From the IMG/VR virus record IMGVR_UViG_3300033518_000313, positions 1 to 38,548 of that record: a DNA stretch of 38,548 nucleotides. One strand, 5' to 3'. The translations under genes were made by a program, and so were the position numbers. Below, piece by piece: positions 8,693-17,306 of the stretch. Source of the DNA: a virus. Lineage: Duplodnaviria > Caudoviricetes. The notes under the pieces were generated by a model. The model saw only the letters and a list, made by a program, of their open reading frames with translations, made no database searches and was not told the origin of the DNA. Position 1 is the first letter of the stretch. Every line of letters starts with the position of its first letter.

Positions 8693-9112
8693 TTAGTGTT
8701 GGCAAGTTTCGCCTGACGGTGGGTAAATCTTTTCTTTGCTATCCGCTAACTTATCATATAAATATTGAGGCATCGCACTATTATTGTAATATATCAATTG
8801 ACTTTTAGTTATTCGTCCGGCAAGTAGGTCATCCGTCAACCTCATGCTGTATAGTTCGTAGAAACGTAACACCCGCATATCAATTTCAATTTGGTCTCTT
8901 TCTATGGTTTTATGTCTAAGACCCCAAGTGTATTTATGCATTTCATAGCGACCGTATTCCTGAGCAGTCAAGTATCCATTCTGTTGACGAATTACAAAGT
9001 CCAAGCGATAGGCTATCGCATTTTGTAAACTCTTGAGTGCTGATTGAGTTTCTGATGATGGTTGAGCGAGCATTGCCCCGCATACCAAAAACATTATCAT
9101 TAGCTTTTTCAT
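8693..9112 (-). CDS. hypothetical exported protein
   Basis: Signal-peptide-like MKKLMIMFLVCGAMLAQ. Confidence 0.65.
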   Translation of the reverse strand: MKKLMIMFLVCGAMLAQPSSETQSALKSLQNAIAYRLDFVIRQQNGYLTAQEYGRYEMHKYTWGLRHKTIERDQIEIDMRVLRFYELYSMRLTDDLLAGRITKSQLIYYNNSAMPQYLYDKLADSKEKIYPPSGETCQH

Positions 9113-9339
9113 TATTTCTTGTTTTTACTTATTCTTTTAACTCTGTTCTCGAAGCGTTGCCTTGCGAATGGAGATTCACTCCAAGCCTTTTCAAACTTCT
9201 GTTCCGTTTCTACCGCTACTTTTTTAACCGCTTCTCCGACGCTTCCTACATAATGCGGATAAGTAGGTTTTTGAGCTTCTCTCGTTGTCGGTTGTTTAGG
9301 TTTTTTTTCAAGCCCAAGGTCTTTGATTTTCTTCGTCAT
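9112..9339 (-). CDS. basic hypothetical protein
   Basis: 75-aa ORF, tightly packed in the operon. Confidence 0.65.
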   Translation of the reverse strand: MTKKIKDLGLEKKPKQPTTREAQKPTYPHYVGSVGEAVKKVAVETEQKFEKAWSESPFARQRFENRVKRISKNKK

Positions 9340-9341
9340 GA

Positions 9342-9725
9342 TTAATTTGATTTTAAGGTGAATTTTTGTTTTACGTTTTGAAAGGATAAGAAGCCATCTT
9401 TCTCGTTTCTTTTATATGGTCCGGCATTAGTTGTTTCGAATAAATAAACCGCTCCGGAGCGTCTAACGAACTTGCCGAAAATATCATTTTTGTCGTCAAA
9501 GTAGTATTCTCCCCCCCTTTTCATTTCTGATAAGGTGACTTTCTTTACGAGCTGCCAATTTAAACCATCTATAAATCCGCAACCCTTAAAAAGGCAGTAT
9601 AACTTAGTATTGTTATCATCCTGAAGATAGAACGATTTGCTATCAATTCTTTTGATTTCGTATTCTTTGCCTTTAGTTACGTTTCTAAATGAAACTGGCG
9701 CTATTACTTTTTCTGATTTGTCCAT
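9342..9725 (-). CDS. hypothetical protein (beta-rich, possible SH3-like)
   Basis: 127 aa, VTKGKEYEI motif. Confidence 0.65.
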   Translation of the reverse strand: MDKSEKVIAPVSFRNVTKGKEYEIKRIDSKSFYLQDDNNTKLYCLFKGCGFIDGLNWQLVKKVTLSEMKRGGEYYFDDKNDIFGKFVRRSGAVYLFETTNAGPYKRNEKDGFLSFQNVKQKFTLKSN

Positions 9726-9737
9726 AATATTAAATTC

Positions 9738-9762
9738 AAAAAGGGAGCCATTTCTGACTCCC
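9738..9762 (-). terminator. intrinsic terminator
   Basis: Minus strand GGGAGTCA-GAAA-TGGCTCCC-TTTTT. Confidence 0.8.
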
Positions 9763-9778
9763 GTGATTAGTTGATTAA

Positions 9779-10414
9779 TTATTTACCTGTTCCGTACCAT
9801 CCGTCCATACAGTCAATCAGCGTGTCTGAATTTCGTAAGGCTTGGATTGGGTCTGGGTTTTCTATTTCGTAAATTCTTTGTTTGCAAATTTCAATTTTGC
9901 GTTGAATGGTTTGCTCAGTATCAAGACCCATGATGGTGAAAATGATTCTTTTGATTGACTCCGCTGGAGCGTCAGTATCAACGGTTTCTTTTTGAGCGTA
10001 AAATTCGTCCGCTGTAGCGTGAGCGTAATTAACGTTGTTTTCGTCTACTTTGTTTTCTAAGTCTATATTGGCGACTTGACCACTTTGCCCCTCGAAATTT
10101 TCTATTTTGATATAAAACTTGCCGTTGCCCTCGTCTTCTTTATCGGTAACTCTGTAAACGTCGCCAACTACGTGGTAACCGTTACTTTTACCGTATGTTT
10201 CCGTACATTTAACGTATTCAGACTCATGGTCTTCACTTGCAACGGCAAGCGTGTGAACCGTTTGTACTTCTACTTGTCTTTGGAGTGCTCCCTCTAAGCT
10301 CCCTGCTCCGTAACCTGTGCTTGTGCTTCTAGTTACTTTGATTTCTACTAATCCTGTTTCTACTAATTCGTTTAATTCTGAAACCAACCCTGAAAATTTT
10401 GCATTTGTGTTCAT
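9779..10414 (-). CDS. hypothetical (putative early) protein
   Basis: 211-aa ORF downstream of promoter cassette copy 2. Confidence 0.75.
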   Translation of the reverse strand: MNTNAKFSGLVSELNELVETGLVEIKVTRSTSTGYGAGSLEGALQRQVEVQTVHTLAVASEDHESEYVKCTETYGKSNGYHVVGDVYRVTDKEDEGNGKFYIKIENFEGQSGQVANIDLENKVDENNVNYAHATADEFYAQKETVDTDAPAESIKRIIFTIMGLDTEQTIQRKIEICKQRIYEIENPDPIQALRNSDTLIDCMDGWYGTGK

Positions 10415-10473
10415 AATCTGCTGTTTTTAAAAATTATTGTTATTTACTGATTTTAGGTATTAACCTTGTTAAT

Positions 10474-10551
10474 TTAATAGTTTATGTTTATTCTTTTTCC
10501 TCCGAATAAAAAGTTGCTTATGGCGTCGTAAATTTTTGATAGTGTTTTCAT
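10474..10551 (-). CDS. 25-aa peptide MKTLSKIYDAISNFLFGGKRININY
   Basis: ATG sits at the same cassette position as the DUF2786 ATG in copy 1. Confidence 0.6.
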   Translation of the reverse strand: MKTLSKIYDAISNFLFGGKRININY

Positions 10552-10701
10552 GATGTGAATTTTTCCGTTGTTAAAATTTCTATGTAGTTACTTACTACAT
10601 AGTAAAGGTACTACCTTTCTAACGAACGACCTAATTTTTACCAAAGAATTTTTGGTAAATTTAAAAAGTTTTTTTGGAAGCCTTATATCTATTGGGTTTC
10701 T
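10545..10701 (-). promoter_or_regulatory. 157-bp promoter/leader cassette, copy 2
   Basis: 3 mismatches over the first 102 bp versus copy 1; -7 element 10603-10610, inverted repeat 10580-10602. Confidence 0.8.
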
Positions 10702-10707
10702 TTGGTA

Positions 10708-10744
10708 AAAATAATTAAGGGGAAAGTATTAAACTCCCCCCTTA
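10708..10744 (-). terminator. probable intrinsic terminator
   Basis: Minus strand AAGGGGGAG...CTTTCCCCTT followed by AATTATTTTT. Confidence 0.55.
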
Positions 10745-10765
10745 TATATAGGTATTCTTTGGTAA

Positions 10766-11254
10766 CTAATTTATCGTTGTAGTCTTGCCTTTTATTTGAA
10801 GCGTGTTCCTACCTGAAATAAACTCTTCAAACTCGCCCAAGGCAATTTTTCTGCCTAATATACTATCATCATTTTTATCGCCATTTAATATGATTTGTTT
10901 GTAATGATTGTATTGGAAAACGAATTCTGATAATCGGTGGTCTATTCTATTAACTCGAAACGAATAATGCTTACCCTCAACTTTTTTGATAATACCCAAA
11001 CCCTTTAAAACTTGGGTCAACCCAGGACGTGAGGTGCATATCTTCAATTTTATCATCTCATCTTTTATAGGTTGCGTAATGGTTACTGATTTATCTTCCA
11101 ACAGATCTCTCAAATCATATAAGAGTTGTAAATAATCACCCTTTGCGCCCCTTTTAACCTTATCTTGAGCGTAATCTTTTAGGTCAACTTCAAAAATACT
11201 TTCAAACTGTTTGTACCTCGTAAAGGATTTGATCGGTCTCTTTTTAGTTTCCAT
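10766..11254 (-). CDS. hypothetical protein (start likely METKK at 11254)
   Basis: The ORF-track start at 11296 overlaps dUTPase; ATG at 11254 follows the dUTPase stop. Confidence 0.65.
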   Translation of the reverse strand: METKKRPIKSFTRYKQFESIFEVDLKDYAQDKVKRGAKGDYLQLLYDLRDLLEDKSVTITQPIKDEMIKLKICTSRPGLTQVLKGLGIIKKVEGKHYSFRVNRIDHRLSEFVFQYNHYKQIILNGDKNDDSILGRKIALGEFEEFISGRNTLQIKGKTTTIN

Positions 11255-11261
11255 AACGCTT

Positions 11262-11729
11262 TTATTTAGTTCCTGTACTACCAAAACCTCCCTCACCTCT
11301 TCCCGTTTCAGATAGGGTTTCTACGATTTCAAATTCAATAGTTTCAACTTTGCACATCACCATTTGAGCGATTCGTTCGCCGTGTTCTACTTTAAATGGA
11401 GATTCACCGTGATTAATTAATATCACTCCTATTTCTCCCCTATAATCAGCATCAATAGTTCCCGGAGTATTTAGTACTGTAACTTGATGTTTGGCGGCCA
11501 ATCCGCTTCTTGGTCTGATTTGAATTTCATATCCAGGAGGGATAGCTACGAATAATCCTGTTTTGATAATTGCTGACTCACCCACCCCAATTAGATTATA
11601 TCCGGGAGTTTTGATTTCTGGATTAGCAGTTTCTTCCATGATGTTAGCGAAGATGTCCATTCCTGCTGATTGCTCCGTTGCGTAACGTGGCGTTGATAAT
11701 TTGCTGTTCTTGATTAATTCTACTTTCAT
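11262..11729 (-). CDS. dut: trimeric dUTPase
   Basis: [39 protein letters not shown]. Confidence 0.97.
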   Translation of the reverse strand: MKVELIKNSKLSTPRYATEQSAGMDIFANIMEETANPEIKTPGYNLIGVGESAIIKTGLFVAIPPGYEIQIRPRSGLAAKHQVTVLNTPGTIDADYRGEIGVILINHGESPFKVEHGERIAQMVMCKVETIEFEIVETLSETGRGEGGFGSTGTK

Positions 11730-11730
11730 T

Positions 11731-12198
11731 TTAAGTTCCGTTGTTTAATTTATAAATAGTTTCACAGTTAAAACATTTGTGTACCTCGTCCCAATTGTAA
11801 TGTGGGTCGGGCTCGTGTTTGAATTCAGATTCAGTTCTCCAAAGTTCTGTCCTTGGGTTATCAGCCGTTGCCCCGCAATTTGGGCACCCCCATCCATTAC
11901 TTGAATTTATGATATCCGGAGATTCTATGCTTATGGTATATTTGATTACCCGTCGACTTCTGAAATCATCCAATAGCATCATTTCAGCATCAGTGGGCAT
12001 TCGTCTTTGCATAAATTTTTCAATTGACTTCTCATCAACCTTTTCTAGACTGAACAATAACCTAAATTCATCAAACGGCATCTTATTTACCAAATCGGTC
12101 GCCAAGCGTCTAAAAATTTTCTCGTCAGTAAAATACTCTGCATTATTGCCTTGCTCCAATAACACTTTTAATACCTCGCATTCCGCTCTATTTTTCAT
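11731..12198 (-). CDS. hypothetical protein with C-terminal Zn ribbon
   Basis: CPNC ... CFNC. Confidence 0.7.
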   Translation of the reverse strand: MKNRAECEVLKVLLEQGNNAEYFTDEKIFRRLATDLVNKMPFDEFRLLFSLEKVDEKSIEKFMQRRMPTDAEMMLLDDFRSRRVIKYTISIESPDIINSSNGWGCPNCGATADNPRTELWRTESEFKHEPDPHYNWDEVHKCFNCETIYKLNNGT

Positions 12199-12538
12199 AT
12201 AGTTTGTCTAATAATTTCTTGTATGATTTCCTTTGTGAATCTACTAACTTATGCAGTTTCGCAATCTCAGCTTTTAGCTTTCTGTTTCTAGCACTATCGC
12301 TATCATCCTCGTCAACTAATTCAATATCTTTCACATACCCCTCATCAAAATTCCTTACAATGACCTCTTCTAATTTTTTGATGTGTACGTTTTTGCGCTT
12401 TAATAAGGTTATTAACTCTGTAACATTATATTGCAAGAATAACATTTTTTCAAACGTCGTCAAATTCCCGTACTGAAATATTCCAGAGCCTTTGCCCTTA
12501 GCGTAATCATTTGGTTCTTTGAATTGCTCTAAATCCAC
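12188..12538 (-). CDS. hypothetical coiled-coil protein
   Basis: 116-aa ORF, GTG start, operon-packed. Confidence 0.65.
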   Translation of the reverse strand: MDLEQFKEPNDYAKGKGSGIFQYGNLTTFEKMLFLQYNVTELITLLKRKNVHIKKLEEVIVRNFDEGYVKDIELVDEDDSDSARNRKLKAEIAKLHKLVDSQRKSYKKLLDKLYEK

Positions 12539-12539
12539 A

Positions 12540-13076
12540 CTATTGGTTCTTTTGTTCTTTATGAACCGTATCTTTCATCAGTATTGATTCCCCCGCACTT
12601 GAATAATCTACCAAGTTATCAGACCCCATTGAGCCATCTTGTTTTCTTTGAACTTTCTGGCCATCCCAAATATCTTTCATTGTTATTTTGTCAAAAAGTC
12701 CGTTTGGGAATATCTCAGCACAAATATCATGGAAATCTATTACGTGCTTATTATTCTTACAAGCCCAATACTGCAAATACCAAAGGTAAAGAACAGCTGT
12801 TCCTGGACTCTCGGTGGCTGCGGCTAAAAACAATAAAATTCGGTCTTCTTTTATTTCGAACGTATGACAAGCCTGAATTCGTTTAGTTATAACCTGAAGG
12901 AGAAAAGGTTTCTTTTCCACAGGGAATTTTAGGTCTTCGGGCATTGACATACAGCTCAATAAAATACCAGACAAGTCTTTTGATAGAGGAACGATTCTAG
13001 CTTCTTTCATTTTCAAAGCTACGTGGGTTTCAATAGCGTCTGGATTCGCTGTTTCTGAAAAGGATAATGGATTCAT
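12540..13076 (-). CDS. hypothetical protein
   Basis: 178-aa ORF. Confidence 0.7.
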   Translation of the reverse strand: MNPLSFSETANPDAIETHVALKMKEARIVPLSKDLSGILLSCMSMPEDLKFPVEKKPFLLQVITKRIQACHTFEIKEDRILLFLAAATESPGTAVLYLWYLQYWACKNNKHVIDFHDICAEIFPNGLFDKITMKDIWDGQKVQRKQDGSMGSDNLVDYSSAGESILMKDTVHKEQKNQ

Positions 13077-13088
13077 AATTGGTTAGTG

Positions 13089-13343
13089 TTAAATTATTTT
13101 TACTTCTTGTTCTTCTAATCGGTCTTTTAGTTCTTGAAAATTAGCGTCCCTTTCGCTCATTTCGTCGTAACGGAATTTGAAGCTTGGTGTAAAGGTATCG
13201 ACTTTAATGTTCTTTGGATTGTTTATCAGTAAGGTATATTTTGTTTTCTCCTCATCTGCGTCCCACTCTTCTGATATTTCAATATGCTTAATAGCATAAA
13301 TATCTATCAAATGGTTTTCGATTGTTATGAACGTTTTTGACAT
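13089..13343 (-). CDS. hypothetical protein
   Basis: 84-aa ORF. Confidence 0.7.
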   Translation of the reverse strand: MSKTFITIENHLIDIYAIKHIEISEEWDADEEKTKYTLLINNPKNIKVDTFTPSFKFRYDEMSERDANFQELKDRLEEQEVKII

Positions 13344-13344
13344 C

Positions 13345-13488
13345 TTACTTACTAACTACTTCCTCAACCTGATTAAATGCCTCATCTGCTACTCCGGAAA
13401 TGATATCCTTAGCTTCTTCCAATAATGCTTTCACTGCCTCAATTTTTGAGTTGGCCTCTGCTAACTCTTTTCTGTTGTGTGCGTTCAT
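13345..13488 (-). CDS. 47-aa helical peptide, possibly an internally deleted gene
   Basis: MNAHNRKELAEANSKIEAVKALLEEAKDIISGVADEAFNQVEEVVSK; ATG overlaps the upstream stop. Confidence 0.6.
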   Translation of the reverse strand: MNAHNRKELAEANSKIEAVKALLEEAKDIISGVADEAFNQVEEVVSK

Positions 13489-13841
13489 GGTAATTGTTTT
13501 TTAATGAATGATTGTTGTTTTAACCTTAGTAATGTTTGGGGAGAAATCTTGTCTTTAGTCCTCCCCTGACTCCCTATATTAAACCTTGTTTTCTTTCCTT
13601 GCCCCAATAGGTTTGAAGCTATGCAAAGTGAATAGTTCTCAAAAACTCTTTTCCTTGAAAGCATATGGCTATCTTGTGAACATATCCCCTTTCGTAAATC
13701 CAAGCCGAATCTACGCTTATATTCAACCGCTGAAATTTGATGCTTCTGATGAGCGTGATTTAGTACTCTGCTAAAAGCCTGACCGCATATTTCACATATC
13801 GGTTTTCCTGTTCTGTCGTATCTGATTATTCCTTGAGCCAT
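13485..13841 (-). CDS. Ros/MucR-like zinc-finger protein
   Basis: CEICG...LNHAHQKHQISAVEYKRRFGL. Confidence 0.7.
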   Translation of the reverse strand: MAQGIIRYDRTGKPICEICGQAFSRVLNHAHQKHQISAVEYKRRFGLDLRKGICSQDSHMLSRKRVFENYSLCIASNLLGQGKKTRFNIGSQGRTKDKISPQTLLRLKQQSFIKKQLP

Positions 13842-13963
13842 AATTTATATTCATTTAGTTTATCACTTAATTCTTTTCCTGAGACAATTTCTCCGTCTTT
13901 CGTCCAAGGTTCAAAATCTTTTTTATCGTAACCACGTTCCTCGAGATAGTCTTTGAAAGTCAT
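13826..13963 (-). CDS. 45-aa hypothetical protein
   Basis: MTFKDYLEERGYDKKDFEPWTKDGEIVSGKELSDKLNEYKLWLKE fills the gap in the ORF track. Confidence 0.6.
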   Translation of the reverse strand: MTFKDYLEERGYDKKDFEPWTKDGEIVSGKELSDKLNEYKLWLKE

Positions 13964-13982
13964 AATTTGATTTTTTAGAGTT

Positions 13983-14131
13983 TTACAATATCATTTTCTT
14001 TTTGATTACTATATGCTTACGATACCAATCCGGCATTTCTGAATACTTCCAAATATCATTTTAACAACATGCTTATCGCAATGGTACTCGGCAGCTTTTT
14101 GTACATCTACGTCTAATGCGAATATGTTCAT
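13983..14131 (-). pseudogene. collapsed pyrimidine-dimer glycosylase (DenV-like family) gene
   Basis: N-terminal MNIFALDVDVQKAAEYHCDKHVVKMI joined out of frame to C-terminal-like WKYSEMPDWYRK. Confidence 0.65.
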
Positions 14132-14133
14132 CT

Positions 14134-14496
14134 TTATAAGTTTTTATCAATCCACTCGTCGTTATAATCGAACCAAGGTGCTCCACATTGTTCTTCAGCG
14201 AATTTTTTGATTTTGGTTATTACTTCGTCTCTGCTCCAAACCCTTGTAGGAGAAGCTATCTTACGAAACTCTCTGAACCCTGTAAGTCCATTTATTTCTT
14301 CATCAAGAATCCTTAGCTCAACTTGCAAATCTATACAATATAGGTTTTTTAAGTGTAGAGTTTCATTTTCTTTTAGATTTGATTCGGTTGAGACCCTTAG
14401 TTTGAGCCTTTCGACTTCCTCTAAGGTAGAGACTAAATGGTTTATCTTTTGCGAGTATAGTGTGCGCTTCGAATTAATCAATGCGTTATCGGACAT
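14134..14496 (-). CDS. hypothetical protein
   Basis: 120-aa ORF. Confidence 0.7.
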   Translation of the reverse strand: MSDNALINSKRTLYSQKINHLVSTLEEVERLKLRVSTESNLKENETLHLKNLYCIDLQVELRILDEEINGLTGFREFRKIASPTRVWSRDEVITKIKKFAEEQCGAPWFDYNDEWIDKNL

Positions 14497-14498
14497 AT

Positions 14499-15146
14499 TT
14501 ATAAGTTTAGGAATTCTTCAAATTCTTCGTCGGTCATATCATTCAGCTTTTTACGTCTAGAGATTTCCTTAGTACCTATTTTTTGAGTACGAGGAAAATA
14601 ATTAACGCCAATGACCTTTTCTTTGAAGTGAACTATGGTTACGTCGTATTCTGATAATATTACTTTGATTTCTTCTCTTACGATATTCCAATCACCGCCC
14701 GCAATACCGCAACCGATTAATGGTAAGCCAACTTTGACATCGCTTGAATTGTAAACGAGTTTGCCGTCGGTGTTATAGTATTGAAATTCTTCTTTCATAA
14801 CCTTTTTCATCCCTACTAAGGATTTCTTCAAGGCATCTAGCCTAAAATCTCTTCCTGGTTTAAGTTGTGAATAAAGGTTAAAAATTAATGGGCAGTCCCT
14901 ATCTTTGATATCGGTATCTGCAATAGTCCAAGTCAACTTTCCTAATCTTGCGGAGCCTGATTTCATATCAGTAAATTCATCAGCCATTTTAGCTTCGGGA
15001 AATTCCCTACCGATTGTTAAGGCTATGCCCGCACTCATAGTAGCGTAACAGTTACAGCCGTGAGCGATTGCATCAAATTCACCCTTTTTAAACATCTTGA
15101 TTAAGTCTCCATCGACTTCTTTAAAACTCCCCTCTTCCTTATTCAT
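14499..15146 (-). CDS. macrodomain (ADP-ribose binding/hydrolase) protein
   Basis: GDL...IAHGCNC..TMSAGIA ... LPLIGCGIAGGDW. Confidence 0.88.
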   Translation of the reverse strand: MNKEEGSFKEVDGDLIKMFKKGEFDAIAHGCNCYATMSAGIALTIGREFPEAKMADEFTDMKSGSARLGKLTWTIADTDIKDRDCPLIFNLYSQLKPGRDFRLDALKKSLVGMKKVMKEEFQYYNTDGKLVYNSSDVKVGLPLIGCGIAGGDWNIVREEIKVILSEYDVTIVHFKEKVIGVNYFPRTQKIGTKEISRRKKLNDMTDEEFEEFLNL

Positions 15147-15153
15147 AGCATTG

Positions 15154-15666
15154 TTAGTGTTTAATGTTAAATTTTCTTATCAAATCTTCAGATATTTTTT
15201 CGTTTTCCATACAAACGTTTTTGAATTCAATATACTGTTCTTCCGTAATTTCTTGCATATACATAGTGAAATTACTAATTGTTTTCGAGAAATTGAACGC
15301 TCCATCTTCTTTATCGTAAAAAAGTTTGAATTTTTCTTGCTCTAAAGTATTGTATTGCGTAGGCTGGAAGTGGTGACTTATTGTAGACCCTCTATTGAAA
15401 TTCTTTTTTGCTATTTGAATATTAACTATTCTATCTAAATTAAGGACTACTTCTAAAAGCGTACCTCCGTTTTGAGATATCACTTTATGCTTTATGCCTA
15501 AAATTTTATACATTAATTTTTGACTGTCTTGGCAGCTTCTGATGAAGCACTTGTTAGTAAGAGAATTTAATTTTTCTAAGCAAAGTCTTTCGGTTTCCTT
15601 ATTTTTCTCTATCTTGTCTTTATGTTCGCTGATTCTGAGCTGTTCTCTTAATTCTTCTGTATTCAT
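15154..15666 (-). CDS. hypothetical protein flanked by 17-bp direct repeats
   Basis: 170 aa; TATTCATAGCATTGTTA at 15140-15156 and 15660-15676. Confidence 0.7.
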   Translation of the reverse strand: MNTEELREQLRISEHKDKIEKNKETERLCLEKLNSLTNKCFIRSCQDSQKLMYKILGIKHKVISQNGGTLLEVVLNLDRIVNIQIAKKNFNRGSTISHHFQPTQYNTLEQEKFKLFYDKEDGAFNFSKTISNFTMYMQEITEEQYIEFKNVCMENEKISEDLIRKFNIKH

Positions 15667-15688
15667 AGCATTGTTATTTTATCATTGT

Positions 15689-16003
15689 TTATTTAATAAA
15701 CTTTGGTGGGATTAATTCTTTGATATTTTCTTTAGCTTTTTCTTCTAACTCTTCAAATATCTCTTTACTGACTATTATCTCAGTCCTTATTTTTCCACTT
15801 TGAATTAGTTCTTTGTATCTGTCATTCGATTCATCCAACATAACGGATACTTGCTCCAATAGTTTATAGACGTCTGCTCCTCTAAATAGACTTTCAACTA
15901 AACTACAAAATAGTGCTGAATTCTGATATAAGGCGAACCCATTATCAAATTTATTCAACAGTTCGTTGAATTTCAATTTCTCTTCCATTCTTAGCTTTCC
16001 CAT
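15689..16003 (-). CDS. hypothetical protein
   Basis: 104-aa ORF. Confidence 0.65.
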   Translation of the reverse strand: MGKLRMEEKLKFNELLNKFDNGFALYQNSALFCSLVESLFRGADVYKLLEQVSVMLDESNDRYKELIQSGKIRTEIIVSKEIFEELEEKAKENIKELIPPKFIK

Positions 16004-16257
16004 TATATTACTACCTCATCTCCCGTCAATAAATCAACAAGCTTATATTTCAAATTAAAAAGGTACATTCCAACGATGCCTTTGGTTTTGGTCTTTTGCA
16101 AGATTCTTAGTTTGTAGGTGCTAATCGTTTTCTCATTCAGTCCCATCTTCTCACCTATTTCTGAGCCTTTGTAGTCTTGAAGGAACATTTTGAAAACTCT
16201 TGTTTCCTGTTTCGATAATCTTTTAAATCCCGGAATTCTTTTTCTAATAGTTGCCAT
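16003..16257 (-). CDS. stand-alone LuxR/GerE-type HTH regulator
   Basis: LSKQETRVF...SEIGEKMGLNEKTISTYKLRILQK. Confidence 0.85.
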   Translation of the reverse strand: MATIRKRIPGFKRLSKQETRVFKMFLQDYKGSEIGEKMGLNEKTISTYKLRILQKTKTKGIVGMYLFNLKYKLVDLLTGDEVVI

Positions 16258-16333
16258 AGTGTTAGTGTTTTATCTTTTAAACCTTGTTACAGTTATTATT
16301 AAGTCGTAAACATTAAATTTTAAATTTTAAAAC

Positions 16334-16876
16334 ATGAAAACGAAAAGAATTTTAATTGTCGCCTTAACAGGAACTCCTACGACCCGACTTGAATTAATTT
16401 GTCAGTCAGTTGACCCCGACAGAGTAATCGTAACGAGCGTTTGGAAAAGTGCAGGATGGAAAGCATCAAGTGACGCATTCATCAAAAGTTTCAATCCCGT
16501 GCCGATGCAAAGAATCAGCGTAAATGATTTGAACGAAACCATTATTGCTAATCCTACCTTTACACTTTATGTGGATGGTGCGGAATTAGCCGAACAAAGT
16601 CCTGCTATCGTACCGTCGGTTGTGGTTTTAACCTTAGCTTCTGAAACTGCTAATACTGTAGTTCTGGATTGGTCTGACTCATCTGATGATGATGGAGTTG
16701 AATCTTACGATGTAACTGACTCTGTTGGTCCTACTACCGTAAATGTTTTGGCTCCGCTTACAACTTGGACTTCTGGAACGTTATCTGCCGCAACTCACAA
16801 CTTTACCGTTGTAGCTAAAGATGCTGCTGCTAATGTTTCTGCCGCAAGTAACACTATCACTAAAGTGGTATCGTAA
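16334..16876 (+). CDS. fibronectin type III domain protein (putative virion decoration)
   Basis: C-terminal LDWSDSSDDDGVESYDV...HNFTVVAKDAAANVSAASN; only convincing plus-strand gene. Confidence 0.8.
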   Translation: MKTKRILIVALTGTPTTRLELICQSVDPDRVIVTSVWKSAGWKASSDAFIKSFNPVPMQRISVNDLNETIIANPTFTLYVDGAELAEQSPAIVPSVVVLTLASETANTVVLDWSDSSDDDGVESYDVTDSVGPTTVNVLAPLTTWTSGTLSAATHNFTVVAKDAAANVSAASNTITKVVS

Positions 16877-16885
16877 ATTAATTCC

Positions 16886-16927
16886 AAAAAAAAAGAATCC
16901 CCTACTTTTCAGTGGGGGATTTTTTAT
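16886..16927. terminator. bidirectional terminator between convergent genes
   Basis: A-run, AATCCCCTAC...GTGGGGGATT stem, T-run. Confidence 0.75.
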
Positions 16928-16944
16928 TACGGGAAATCTTGAGT

Positions 16945-17208
16945 TTAGTCTTCTTCGAATAAATCTTCGTCTCTGTCTCCTTTCATCCATTCGTTTGCTT
17001 CTTCAGCACCTCGATAAATCTCATTTTGATCATCTACTTCTTCCCAATTGCCCTCTTCCACATCTGAAAGCTCACCACCTTGTAATATTTCTATCTTGGC
17101 GTCAGCTATTTCATGGTTTGGCGTTCCTAATGTACTTACTTCTGGCAGCCTAAATTTTTCAGCTTCTAGTCCAGCAATCTGTCTTTGAATTTCTTCCTGT
17201 GTTCTCAT
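16945..17208 (-). CDS. acidic hypothetical protein
   Basis: 87-aa ORF. Confidence 0.7.
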   Translation of the reverse strand: MRTQEEIQRQIAGLEAEKFRLPEVSTLGTPNHEIADAKIEILQGGELSDVEEGNWEEVDDQNEIYRGAEEANEWMKGDRDEDLFEED

Positions 17209-17306
17209 TTTTATAGTTGTTTAATTATACGAATACGAAACTTCCAAACTTAATTTTAAGAGTATTTGGGTCTTTGAGTAAATAACTCAAATCTACACCG
17301 CTGTTT

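Noticed and set aside
4578-10701. CRISPR array or transposon terminal repeats
   Set aside because: Only two direct copies 6 kb apart, with no spacers or transposase, and they enclose the essential terL.
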